64,000 nucleotides of DNA from a virus (IMGVR_UViG_3300021167_000258:6162-70161); one strand, 5' to 3'; shown: positions 7,417 through 16,362, numbered from the stretch's first letter. Notes: generated by a model from the letters alone, not told the origin. Numbers and translations: made by a program.

Positions 7417-7774
7417 GAACGGGCTGGTGCCGAAGTATGAAACCGGTAAAGATTTAAGACAGGTTAGGGCCGACATTAGGGAGAATAAAATCCTAGCCCC
7501 AGGGTCTAGGCATATCATCCCTACCGGGTTCTACGTTGACGTTCCCAAGGGCTGGATGCTCACCATTCACCCCTCCCCTGGTTGTGCTATTCATAAGGGG
7601 TTGATTCCTATTATGATTCCGGTATTACCCGATCATAAGCAGGAGGTGGTGGTTATCCTAGTCAACACCTCAACGAGAACGGAAAAGATTATTCCCGGAG
7701 AAATTGTAGGGCAGCTGGCGCTGGAGAGGGCACCGAAGTTCTACTTTGAACGGGTAGCAAACCTACCAAAATGA
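7343..7774 (+). CDS. dUTPase-fold protein, predicted catalytically inactive
   Basis: TGKDLR (motif 1), LAPGSRHIIPTG and GEIVGQL are recognisable. Motif 2 RSG is SPG, motif 3 IDxDYRG is LPDHKQ, motif 5 is absent. Confidence 0.7.
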   Translation: MKTFVKGMMVKVGLRVPTLKMVAVKNGLVPKYETGKDLRQVRADIRENKILAPGSRHIIPTGFYVDVPKGWMLTIHPSPGCAIHKGLIPIMIPVLPDHKQEVVVILVNTSTRTEKIIPGEIVGQLALERAPKFYFERVANLPK

Positions 7775-7968
7775 TACTCCCTCCCGTATTCGAGACGTGG
7801 GGAGAGCTGGCGTTGGCTATGGCGGTTATGTATAGGGATCGCCCATTCCCTTCTAAGTTTAGGATCAGGAACCAAGGAAAATCTTTTCTTATAGATACGG
7901 AAGAGGTTAAGTATAGATCGTGGCAAGAGGAAAAGGAAGCAGAAATTTTCACCATTTACGTAAACTAA
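7771..7968 (+). CDS. Hypothetical protein
   Basis: 65 aa, ATGA overlap. Confidence 0.6.
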   Translation: MILPPVFETWGELALAMAVMYRDRPFPSKFRIRNQGKSFLIDTEEVKYRSWQEEKEAEIFTIYVN

Positions 7969-8141
7969 TGAAATACGCGGTTAACATTGATTTAAAGTTT
8001 AGCCAAGACTTTGAGGTTGAGGCTACGTCTGAGGCTGATGCCAAGAGAAAAGCGCTGGAGAAGTTTAAGCGTGACACCCCTAAGAAGGACTTCTCCTTTG
8101 CGGTGGAAATGGTTGTTCCTAAAAATACTGGTCAAAATTAA
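7968..8141 (+). CDS. Hypothetical protein (57 aa; start moved to ATG7968)
   Basis: TAATG coupling; MKYAVNIDLKFSQDFEVEATSEADAKRKA. Confidence 0.65.
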   Translation: MKYAVNIDLKFSQDFEVEATSEADAKRKALEKFKRDTPKKDFSFAVEMVVPKNTGQN

Positions 8142-8173
8142 TTTGCAATTGTTAATTATTTGATGTTACTTTG
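8142..8173 (+). promoter_or_regulatory. Promoter, variant -7 box
   Basis: TTTG(8142-45), 20-nt spacer, TTACTTTG(8166-73), upstream of the helicase. Confidence 0.65.
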
Positions 8174-8194
8174 AGGCTAATAAACTAGGATAGT

Positions 8195-9616
8195 ATGATA
8201 GTATACCTCAACCCCGTAACTTCCCAGCTAGTCCCAGACTCCGTAGCGCAAATGCAGGAGCTGAGGCACTGGTTCAGCATTCCCGTAAAGGGGGCCTACT
8301 TTGCCGGATCGTATGGTCGGGGTAAGTGGGATGGTCGTAAGTATTACGTCACCGAAAAAGGAAGCATTGCTACTGGTATGTTACCCATGCTTGGGAGGTG
8401 GGCTGAGGAAACAGGCACAGAAATTATTCTCGTAGACCAGCGTCCCGTCGTAGATTTGGAAGTTATTCCTTGTCAACCCTTGGAAGGGATGGATTACTGG
8501 GATTACCAAGAGGAGGCGGTGGAGAGGTTGCTCACCAACACGTTAAAGTTAGGGGATACGCCAGTGTATTTCCCAATAGGTAGCTACGATGTGGCTACCA
8601 ACGCGGGTAAAACTTTAATAGCCTATAACCTTCATAGGAGAGTAAAGGGGAGGACCTTGCTCTTAATTTCAAGTAGGGAAACGTATAAAGATTTAGTCCG
8701 GTCATTATCTAAGTTACTTGAGGTGGGAGAGATTTGCTCTACCAAGTTAGTAGTAAAGGACTTGACTATATGCATGAGCAAGACCCTACTCAACAGATGT
8801 AACGATAAGAAGTTTCTAAAAGAGCTGAACCTATCCACCACTAAACTAATCGTAGACGAGGGGCACGAGGCAGGTGGGAGGGACTACATGAAGCTACTAA
8901 AGAAGCTGAATCACCCTCCGGTTAGGGTGTTGATGTCCGGGACGTTGTTCGACCATAGTAGTCAAGTGTTATCCCTCAACGTCATGGCTATGGGAGGGGA
9001 GCCTTTGATTAAAGTAAGCAAGCGAGAATTAATGGATAGGGGAATAAGCCTCAACGCCAAGGTTAGGATACTCAAACACGTACCGGACACGGTGATGATG
9101 GGTAAAAGTTTCAGAGAAATCATGGAGTTAGGTGTCTTATTCTCAGATAGTAGGAGACAACTTATTGTCAATTTTGTTAATAACAACCCTGAAAAATACA
9201 TCTTAATTTCAGTCAAGGAGAGTAAGTCCGGGCAATTTATTTACGAGGGGTTAAAAGAACTAGGGGCCGAGGTAGTTCACGCTTCCGATAAGGACAGGGA
9301 CGAGAAGGTGGACCGATTCCGAACCGGTGATACAAAGGTATTGGTCTCAACGATGATGATTAAACAGGGGGTGAATATGCCACTGATTAACGCTATTGTT
9401 ATGGCTTTTGGGGGTAAGGATATTCTCTCCATTAAACAGGTCAGCGGTAGAGGTGAAAGAACTGATGGGTATAATGATTCGTTTGAGATTGTAGATTTCC
9501 TGGATGATTGCGATTACCTAAGAGAGCACAGCCAAGCCAGAATTAAGGCTTACATTAAGGAAGAGTTTGAAGTTGATTTTGATTACGCACACGATAAAAG
9601 GTATTTACCAATTTAA
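8195..9616 (+). CDS. Superfamily 2 (UvsW-like) DNA helicase
   Basis: ATNAGKT Walker A, LIVDEGH (DExH), MSGT, QGVNMP, QVSGRGER. Confidence 0.85.
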   Translation: MIVYLNPVTSQLVPDSVAQMQELRHWFSIPVKGAYFAGSYGRGKWDGRKYYVTEKGSIATGMLPMLGRWAEETGTEIILVDQRPVVDLEVIPCQPLEGMDYWDYQEEAVERLLTNTLKLGDTPVYFPIGSYDVATNAGKTLIAYNLHRRVKGRTLLLISSRETYKDLVRSLSKLLEVGEICSTKLVVKDLTICMSKTLLNRCNDKKFLKELNLSTTKLIVDEGHEAGGRDYMKLLKKLNHPPVRVLMSGTLFDHSSQVLSLNVMAMGGEPLIKVSKRELMDRGISLNAKVRILKHVPDTVMMGKSFREIMELGVLFSDSRRQLIVNFVNNNPEKYILISVKESKSGQFIYEGLKELGAEVVHASDKDRDEKVDRFRTGDTKVLVSTMMIKQGVNMPLINAIVMAFGGKDILSIKQVSGRGERTDGYNDSFEIVDFLDDCDYLREHSQARIKAYIKEEFEVDFDYAHDKRYLPI

Positions 9617-9628
9617 AACTCAGGACTT

Positions 9629-10003
9629 ATGGATGATTTTTGGTTAACAGGTATGGGAGGTATATGGGTTCATAATCCTATGGGAGTATGGTCAAGCCCA
9701 GAGGTTGTATTTCCAATAAACAAATCCCTTCAAGCCAAGCGTAGGGATGCTATGGTTAGAGAGATATTACGCAGGAAGTGGCTACTCACTTACACTTTGC
9801 TCATACTAGTCACAAGTTTACTATTTTCAGTGGCATTGGTAGGCATATTTATGCTATCTACTATAGTGCAATCGTCGTTGTATGGCATATTGGCTGTTGA
9901 AATTGTAGTAATTATTTACTTATTAGTTAGGATGGTTATCAACCCAGAGGAGGTTACCTACAAGCACAAGAAAAATAAGTATTGGTATTATGATTACTTT
10001 TAA
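9629..10003 (+). CDS. Membrane protein (2 predicted TM segments)
   Basis: Two long hydrophobic stretches; flanked by the junction repeats. Confidence 0.7.
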   Translation: MDDFWLTGMGGIWVHNPMGVWSSPEVVFPINKSLQAKRRDAMVREILRRKWLLTYTLLILVTSLLFSVALVGIFMLSTIVQSSLYGILAVEIVVIIYLLVRMVINPEEVTYKHKKNKYWYYDYF

Positions 10004-10015
10004 AACTCAGGACTT

Positions 10016-10213
10016 ATGGGAGAGTATCACTTTGGATCAGTAAAGAAGCCCCCATTAGGGGTAATGCCTAGAGATATTTATGAAAGGAATTGCAAAGTAA
10101 CTAGGCTAAATGCTATCGCTGCCGCTATAAGTAGATACCTACAGCGTGAGATGAAGGTGCCGGTGGAGTGGATTCAAGAGTATAATGAATTAGCAGAAGA
10201 AATAAACCTATAA
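10016..10213 (+). CDS. Hypothetical protein
   Basis: KPPLGVMPRDIY...VPVEWIQEYNEL; flanked by the junction repeats. Confidence 0.75.
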   Translation: MGEYHFGSVKKPPLGVMPRDIYERNCKVTRLNAIAAAISRYLQREMKVPVEWIQEYNELAEEINL

Positions 10214-10225
10214 AACTCAGGACTT

Positions 10226-10450
10226 ATGAAAATTTGGTTGATTATTAATGCCCTTGCTATGGAAGAAATAGGGGGCTATAATGCCTTAGGTGCAGTGGCT
10301 GAGAGTGAGGACCATGCTATAGAATTGGCATTAGAGGTAGATCCTACCGTCACTAGAGAGAATATCCATCTAGTGGATATGGGTATAGCCCATGAGGACA
10401 AAAAAGCAGTGGTATTTTTGGTAGATTCTAAACGAACTAATATTTATTAA
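10226..10450 (+). CDS. Hypothetical protein
   Basis: 74 aa, preceded by the junction repeat. Confidence 0.7.
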   Translation: MKIWLIINALAMEEIGGYNALGAVAESEDHAIELALEVDPTVTRENIHLVDMGIAHEDKKAVVFLVDSKRTNIY

Positions 10451-10454
10451 GACT

Positions 10455-10640
10455 ATGGTAGAACAACATGATTTAGTTCCCGCAATTACTAAGTTATTGG
10501 AAGGGATAGAAGAGTTCAACGAAGTGGCTAATAATAGAGTTGTTAGCGGACAGTTTTCCGTTGGGCATATGGGAGAGTTAAACTTGGCTAGAAAAACTCT
10601 CCTTGATTTGCAACTTACCCTGTTAAACTTACTAGAATAA
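10455..10640 (+). CDS. Hypothetical protein
   Basis: 61 aa, helical. Confidence 0.65.
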   Translation: MVEQHDLVPAITKLLEGIEEFNEVANNRVVSGQFSVGHMGELNLARKTLLDLQLTLLNLLE

Positions 10641-10659
10641 ATAATTAATATCAGGACTT

Positions 10660-10905
10660 ATGGAAACGGAAATCACACGTAGGGATTATTTTGCCGGGCA
10701 AGCTATGCTGGCAGTTATGCAAGAAACACAAGAGGTTGTCCCTGCCTCTTTCTTTGATTGGGTAAAACATTTATTATTTAACCATGCTGGGGCAACCTTT
10801 CTAACAGTAAGGTATAAAGAAATTGAGGGCATATACGAAGAGGCTGCTAAAAGGGCCCACAAATACGCAGATGCTATGATGCAAACATGTCCTTATCAAT
10901 CATGA
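10660..10905 (+). CDS. Hypothetical phage protein
   Basis: ITRRDYFAGQAM...AHKYADAMM, a pattern I recall from small phage proteins. Confidence 0.75.
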   Translation: METEITRRDYFAGQAMLAVMQETQEVVPASFFDWVKHLLFNHAGATFLTVRYKEIEGIYEEAAKRAHKYADAMMQTCPYQS

Positions 10906-11192
10906 CACCAAAGGACGTAAACATTCTCGTCACTACTGCTTTGTTTAAGGCAACGGTGGCGCACACAACCACACTAAAGGATGAGTTTCACGCCAACATG
11001 GGCAAGAAGCTGGAGAAGTGGTTCAAAACCGGAAGAGAGTCGGTGAAGTCCATGAACTTTCACTTTGGCAAAACGCACGAGGAGACGGTGGATACGCTGG
11101 CAGCGGTAGCAATTGATGTGCTACGGGAGCTAATTAAGTCCGAAAATCCACAGCATTTTGTGGAGTATATTAACAAGTATAAACCTAAATAA
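10902..11192 (+). CDS. Hypothetical protein (start moved to ATG10902)
   Basis: ATGA overlap with the upstream stop. Confidence 0.65.
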   Translation: MTPKDVNILVTTALFKATVAHTTTLKDEFHANMGKKLEKWFKTGRESVKSMNFHFGKTHEETVDTLAAVAIDVLRELIKSENPQHFVEYINKYKPK

Positions 11193-11201
11193 TCAGGACA
11201 C

Positions 11202-11530
11202 ATGGAAAAAGTTAAAGCAAGATGTTACACCCTAAGAAAAGAAACAGGTGGGTGGTTGGCACAAGTAGTAATTACAAGTGATGGTATGTTCTCTGCCGTA
11301 AGTGATTATGGTAATTTTTGCTATGCGTGGAGAAGCACAGGTGAGGAGGATTTCAGAAACTTTTTACTCAACATCAACACTTCTTATTTTGGGGGAAAAT
11401 GTATTCCGGGATAGCCTTTGTGGCTTACGGTAAGAAGTTTGAAAAGAGTGCTGATGTATTTGCCGTGGAAATTTTACCTCCTTTACAAAAATTGTTAAGG
11501 GAAGATGTAGTAACCAATCCAGAATTTTAA
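11202..11530 (+). CDS. Hypothetical protein apparently requiring a -1 frameshift at G_GGA_AAA (11393-11399)
   Basis: Zero frame stops at 11414. The -1 frame MYSGIAF...EILPPLQKLLRED...PEF* runs 11399..11530 and abuts the next ATG at 11533. Confidence 0.55.
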
Positions 11531-11532
11531 TT

Positions 11533-11922
11533 ATGAAATACAGACTAGTTGAAATAACCACTACCGATAGGTGGGGAGTTAGCAGGAAATCTATAGAACT
11601 ACAGTGCAGGAAATGGTATGTAAAGTGGGTAACTGCTGCAGGGGCCCCAACTAAAATAGGAGGACCATTTCCAGCATTTCATTTACTGGACGCTGAGGGT
11701 ATTGAGGTTATAAAAACCGCTATTTCGCAAACCCCTGAAAAATATAAAGGGTTTACTATAATTAAACGTCCTAGATTTAGTTTGAGTAACTCAAAATTTC
11801 TTGAATGGGAATATATAGCTTTCCATAATAATTGTAAGGTGCTAACTGTGTATGATTTAAGTAATTTACTACTTACATTAGATAGCGTTAAACCAGAAGT
11901 TAAAACCGTGAGAGTATTATGA
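11533..11922 (+). CDS. Hypothetical protein
   Basis: 129-aa AT-rich ORF. Confidence 0.65.
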   Translation: MKYRLVEITTTDRWGVSRKSIELQCRKWYVKWVTAAGAPTKIGGPFPAFHLLDAEGIEVIKTAISQTPEKYKGFTIIKRPRFSLSNSKFLEWEYIAFHNNCKVLTVYDLSNLLLTLDSVKPEVKTVRVL

Positions 11923-12302
11923 GAACACCTCAGGACATTTCAAGTAACATAGACATGAGCCGACCCTACACCCCCCAAGACATGGGAGATTGCTTTGGTG
12001 TTGAATACAGCCCCAAGGCAAAGGAGTGCGAGATTTGCCACGCCTATCCCATGTGCTTAAACGCCTTAGAGCTAGCAAACAAGGCTAGAAAGCCAGAACC
12101 TATCTTAGCCAAGGCTGACTTCTCCCTAGTGAAGTGGGAGGAGATTTACACCAAGGTAGGGGAGATTACTACCGATGAGCTAATAAACTTAGTTCAAACC
12201 CAAAGCCGGTGTAAGGACGAGGAAACCCTTCTCATTCATATCAGAAGGTTCTTTGCCAACTACAAAGTAAAGTCTAAAGAGGGGAGGATAGTGCATGTCT
12301 AG
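11919..12302 (+). CDS. Cys-containing protein coupled to the DNA polymerase gene
   Basis: DCFGVEY...ECEICHAYPMC, a putative metal-binding cluster. Confidence 0.7.
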   Translation: MRTPQDISSNIDMSRPYTPQDMGDCFGVEYSPKAKECEICHAYPMCLNALELANKARKPEPILAKADFSLVKWEEIYTKVGEITTDELINLVQTQSRCKDEETLLIHIRRFFANYKVKSKEGRIVHV

Positions 12303-14856
12303 GCTATGTGAAGGGTGTGGCTACGCCCAAGATACACAACACTTTTCTGGGTATGGGGGAAAGACACCGGACGTATTAATTGTGATGGACTACCCAGGAG
12401 GACCGCGAAAGCTGGAAATGCTGGAGACGCTGGTAAGGATAGCCCAATTGACTAAGAAGGACTACGCCTACACCTACTTGATTCGGTGCCAGCCCAAGGA
12501 CTTTGATCCGGAAACGAATAAGATTTGTGGTCCACTGCACTTCGACAACTGGATGATTAACCAGTGTATAGATGGTAAGTTTCCTAAGGTTATTGTAGCA
12601 ATGGGGGTGGAGCCGTGTAAGTTCTTCCTAAACGCTGACTCAGTTCCACAGGGAAGGAGTAAGAATCAAACCTACAAGCTTAAGCTGGAATCAAAACTCA
12701 CCAAGGATACTATGGAGTTCTCTATCCCGGTGGTGGCTACGTATAGCCCTGCTCAGGTGTGTGCTGATCCCTCTTTCTTAGAGCCTACGGCTACCGATAT
12801 TGACCGCGCCCACACCATGACCTTAAAATCAGACGTATCCAAGCTAACCCATAGGGTGTTTGTAACTACTCAAGCTTTACTGGATGAGCTGTGCTACTAC
12901 GCTAGGACTAAGGGTAGGATTACCTTCGACGTGGAGACTACTGGGTTGGAGTGGTGGAACGTGGACCAATATTTAAGACTACTTTCTATCTCCTTCCAAG
13001 CCGGATCGGGATGGGCCATACCTTGGGTAAAGGACCAAGAGAAGTTGGGAATCTCCCTAGATTTACAACCTGTATATGATTTATTCCCTAACCCAGACAT
13101 AGAGAAGATCGCCCACAACGCTAAGTTTGACTGCCACTGGTTAATTAGATACGGGGTTGAATTTAAAGGGATAATACACGATACCATATCCATGCACCAC
13201 CACTATTGCAATACGGCAGAACACGGGCTGAAAAAGATAGTTCCAGATATGTTTCCGTTGTTGGCGGGGTATGATTCGGAGATTAGGGATAAGGATTGGG
13301 AAACCGTGGACATAGAAGCGCTATGGCCTTACGGGGCTACCGATGCAGACATGACCTATCGTTTGTTTATTGCGATGGAGAATGAGCTGTTACAGGACAT
13401 CCCTTCCTACACCTCCTATATGGAGATATTCTGCCCGTCCATGAAAGCATTACTTCAATCCGAGCACGATGGGGCGTGGATTGATAAGAACGTCCTTCAC
13501 CAAGCCATTGTAAAGGCCATAGGGTTGACGGAGAAGTTGGAGCAGGATATGCTTGGAGTACCTGAGCTGGTTAGGTATGAAGAGGAGCATAGGAAAGAGT
13601 TGGTGGAGAAGAAGGTGGCTGAGATTAAGGCTAAGATTGAGGCCAGCACCAAACCTAAGCAAGTAGAGACGTGGAATACAAAGCTGGTAGCAGCTAGAAA
13701 CGGAGAAGGGATTGAGTATAAAATAAACCTCAACTCCCCGGTTCAGCTAAAGGACTTCCTCTACACCAAAAAGGGGCTGAATCTCCCCCTTCCGCTGGAC
13801 CAGTGGGGTAAGGCTGTGGCCTCAACCGATAAGGACTTTTTATCGGAGATAGATCACCCCTTTATTGAGACGTTGTTGATGCATAGGCAGGTGAGCAAAA
13901 CCCAAAGCACATACTTACAGGGGATACTGGATAGGGTAGATTTAAACTCTATGCTACACGGCAGCTTCAACCAAAGCGGAACCAAAACATTCCGGTTAAG
14001 CGCCTCCTCCCCAAACCTTCAAAACATAATCTCACGAACTAAGTTCGTGGAGGTGGAGGAGATTGTGGCTGCGGTGAAGCGATCCTTTGTAGTCCCTGAG
14101 GGTTGGATACTGTTACAAACTGACTTCTCCCAAGCGGAGTTGAGGGTAATGGCCCACTTCGCCAACGAGACTAACATGATACAAGCCTACAACGATGGCA
14201 AGGACTTGCACGAAATCATGGCCGCGGATAGCATGCACCTCACCCTTGAGCAGTTTCACGAGCTGGATAAGGCAGTTCAGAAAAAGAAGAGGCAAGAAGG
14301 TAAAGCCGGTAACTTCGGGTTTATCTACGGCATGAGCGCTAAATCTTTTGTTGCCTACGCCAGAATAGGATACGGGGTTAGGTTTACCGAGGAGGAAGCG
14401 GAAGCGCTTAGAAATTCATTCTTTAGGAGATACCCGAACTTGCTGAGTTACCACCAAACCTACAAAGGGTTGGCTAACAAGCAAGGCTATGTTAAAACTC
14501 TGTTCGGAACCAAATGCTACATCCCAGACATATACGCCTTTAACAAGCAAGTGAAATCAAAGGCAGAGAGAAACGCCATCAACTCCCCCATCCAAGGCAC
14601 AGCGGGGTTGATTACGGAGGCAGTGATAGGGCTACTTCACCACAGATTACCAGAAGGGGTGAGGATGATTACCACCGTCCACGATTCAATTATCCACGCC
14701 ATGCCGTTGGAGATGCTTAAGCCTGTTGCGGCATTGATTAAGCACACAGCCGAGCACGTTCCTTATCATATCTTTGGTGCTAGGTTCGACAAGGTGGTGA
14801 TGAAGGTAGATCAGGAAGTAGGAACAAACTGGAAAGATTTAAAACCGTTGGAATAA
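12295..14856 (+). CDS. polA: Family A DNA polymerase with N-terminal UDG-like domain and 3'-5' exonuclease
   Basis: Exonuclease: FDVETTG, HNAKFD, YGATDA. Polymerase: DFSQAELR, KAGNFGFIYG, VHDS. N-terminus: CEGC...MDYPG...RC...YSP. Confidence 0.95.
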   Translation: MSRLCEGCGYAQDTQHFSGYGGKTPDVLIVMDYPGGPRKLEMLETLVRIAQLTKKDYAYTYLIRCQPKDFDPETNKICGPLHFDNWMINQCIDGKFPKVIVAMGVEPCKFFLNADSVPQGRSKNQTYKLKLESKLTKDTMEFSIPVVATYSPAQVCADPSFLEPTATDIDRAHTMTLKSDVSKLTHRVFVTTQALLDELCYYARTKGRITFDVETTGLEWWNVDQYLRLLSISFQAGSGWAIPWVKDQEKLGISLDLQPVYDLFPNPDIEKIAHNAKFDCHWLIRYGVEFKGIIHDTISMHHHYCNTAEHGLKKIVPDMFPLLAGYDSEIRDKDWETVDIEALWPYGATDADMTYRLFIAMENELLQDIPSYTSYMEIFCPSMKALLQSEHDGAWIDKNVLHQAIVKAIGLTEKLEQDMLGVPELVRYEEEHRKELVEKKVAEIKAKIEASTKPKQVETWNTKLVAARNGEGIEYKINLNSPVQLKDFLYTKKGLNLPLPLDQWGKAVASTDKDFLSEIDHPFIETLLMHRQVSKTQSTYLQGILDRVDLNSMLHGSFNQSGTKTFRLSASSPNLQNIISRTKFVEVEEIVAAVKRSFVVPEGWILLQTDFSQAELRVMAHFANETNMIQAYNDGKDLHEIMAADSMHLTLEQFHELDKAVQKKKRQEGKAGNFGFIYGMSAKSFVAYARIGYGVRFTEEEAEALRNSFFRRYPNLLSYHQTYKGLANKQGYVKTLFGTKCYIPDIYAFNKQVKSKAERNAINSPIQGTAGLITEAVIGLLHHRLPEGVRMITTVHDSIIHAMPLEMLKPVAALIKHTAEHVPYHIFGARFDKVVMKVDQEVGTNWKDLKPLE

Positions 14857-14870
14857 TTTAACCTAAATAA

Positions 14871-14902
14871 TTTGCAATTACCAATTTTTAATTATTACTT
14901 TG
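14871..14902 (+). promoter_or_regulatory. Promoter, variant -7 box
   Basis: TTTG(14871-74), 20-nt spacer, TTACTTTG(14895-902). Confidence 0.65.
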
Positions 14903-14950
14903 TGCTATGCTTTTAGCGTTCAACTAACAATTTAAAACAAACAAAACAAA

Positions 14951-15904
14951 ATGGCAATCGACAAAAGAATGCTTGCAGAAGCCCAAGAGGGTGAGCTCAA
15001 GCAAAACGGACAAGTATTAAAAGCCAAGGACTTCAAAAGTAGCCCTCGGGAATTTCGTCCCCTACCAAACATCCACAACGAGCTGGACGGGATTTGGTAT
15101 AAGCAGGTAAATACCTGGTGGTTCAACAAGAAAGCGTTCGTAGCCGCTACAACCTTTAACAAGGATGCAGAGGATGTAATCCTTGAGGAAATTGAAACCG
15201 CTAAGGAGTGGTTAAAGAACAAGGACAACGCCAACTCCAAGTTGGGGCAAAGCGTGCTCAGACTTCTGAACTCTCAAGAAGGTCCTAAGCTATCCACTTC
15301 GTTTGTGTTTGCAGCCCTTCTTTTCAACGAGTATGGTGCAAACGTTGTGAACGCTAAGGTTAGCGCGGCTAAGCTTATTGAAGGTCCTAGGACGTTCATC
15401 GCCGCCATCAACTCCATTGCCATCTCAAAGAATGCCGATAACGGCACCGAGAACGGTATCATGGACCGCGAAAAAGGGTATAACCTTGCTCCTTCTGTAA
15501 CCGGGGAGAAGATTGATACCAAGTACAACGTAACCCTTATTGCCCAATCGGTGAACGTGGACATTGATGAGGAGTGGTATACCGAGAAGAAGGTTCCTTC
15601 GGTTATGGACTACTTGAAGAAGCGCAAGAAATCGGATGCATTCCTTCGCGCCAGCATTCGCCACTTCCTATGGAACGAGCCTGAGCCTACCGAAGAGAAT
15701 GATGTAGACGTAGAGGAGGATCAAACTCCAGCCCCTACCGCTGCACCCTCTGCTAAGAAAGCAGAAGCGCCAAAGCCGGAAAAGTCTGCGGAAGCTGCGC
15801 CAGCCCCACCTGCATCTTCCCGCGCTGCCTCTGATCCTACTCAGGCAAAGGGGTTTGGTCTGGCCGGTAAGCTAGACGAAATGACTAACGACATGCCTTA
15901 CTAA
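14951..15904 (+). CDS. Probable single-stranded DNA-binding protein
   Basis: Own promoter; follows the polymerase; acidic and Ala/Pro-rich tail ending DMPY. Confidence 0.5.
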   Translation: MAIDKRMLAEAQEGELKQNGQVLKAKDFKSSPREFRPLPNIHNELDGIWYKQVNTWWFNKKAFVAATTFNKDAEDVILEEIETAKEWLKNKDNANSKLGQSVLRLLNSQEGPKLSTSFVFAALLFNEYGANVVNAKVSAAKLIEGPRTFIAAINSIAISKNADNGTENGIMDREKGYNLAPSVTGEKIDTKYNVTLIAQSVNVDIDEEWYTEKKVPSVMDYLKKRKKSDAFLRASIRHFLWNEPEPTEENDVDVEEDQTPAPTAAPSAKKAEAPKPEKSAEAAPAPPASSRAASDPTQAKGFGLAGKLDEMTNDMPY

Positions 15905-16362
15905 TGGTTCAGGAGTATTGCTTCTTGTGTAGCCTTACTCCTGACCTCACTATCCAACTCCCGGGAGGCCCACCAATGCAGCGAGCGTTGGCAGGGCTTA
16001 CCCGGGATGGGGTGGAGGTAGAGGTCACGGTTAGGAGGCATACCAAGCGTAGAACTGCTGCCCAGAATAGGTATATACACGGGGTGATTGTGCCGGTGGT
16101 GCAGCACTGGCTAAGAGAGAGCCAAGGCGAGAACGTGAACCACGACAACTGCTACTACATGCTTCGACAGATTGTTGGGGATAGCCTACAAATAAAACTA
16201 GTAGGGGGAATACAGGTAATATCCTTAACCGGTAAGCGATTCTCAGAAATGAATACCCAAGAGTTCGGGGAGGCAGTGGAAAAGATTAAGTTGTATTTTT
16301 CTCCAAAAGGGTGTGCAATCCCAGACCCTACCCAGCATAACTTTATAAACGACTTCTTATGA
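15904..16362 (+). CDS. NinB-like recombination protein
   Basis: RTAAQNRYIHGVIVP; C-terminal FSEMNTQEFGEAVEKI...IPDP. Confidence 0.65.
   Translation: MVQEYCFLCSLTPDLTIQLPGGPPMQRALAGLTRDGVEVEVTVRRHTKRRTAAQNRYIHGVIVPVVQHWLRESQGENVNHDNCYYMLRQIVGDSLQIKLVGGIQVISLTGKRFSEMNTQEFGEAVEKIKLYFSPKGCAIPDPTQHNFINDFL

Larger units (their letters stand above)
9614..11204 (+). repeat. Repeated gene-junction motif TAAAACTCAGGACTTATG
   Basis: Perfect 18-mers at 9614-9631, 10001-10018 and 10211-10228. Variants at 10448-10457 (TAAGACTATG), 10646-10662 (TAATATCAGGACTTATG) and 11190-11204 (TAATCAGGACACATG). Confidence 0.9.

Noticed and set aside
9614-10228. CRISPR array made of the 18-nt repeats
   Set aside because: The spacers are 190-370-nt protein-coding genes, and there are no cas genes.
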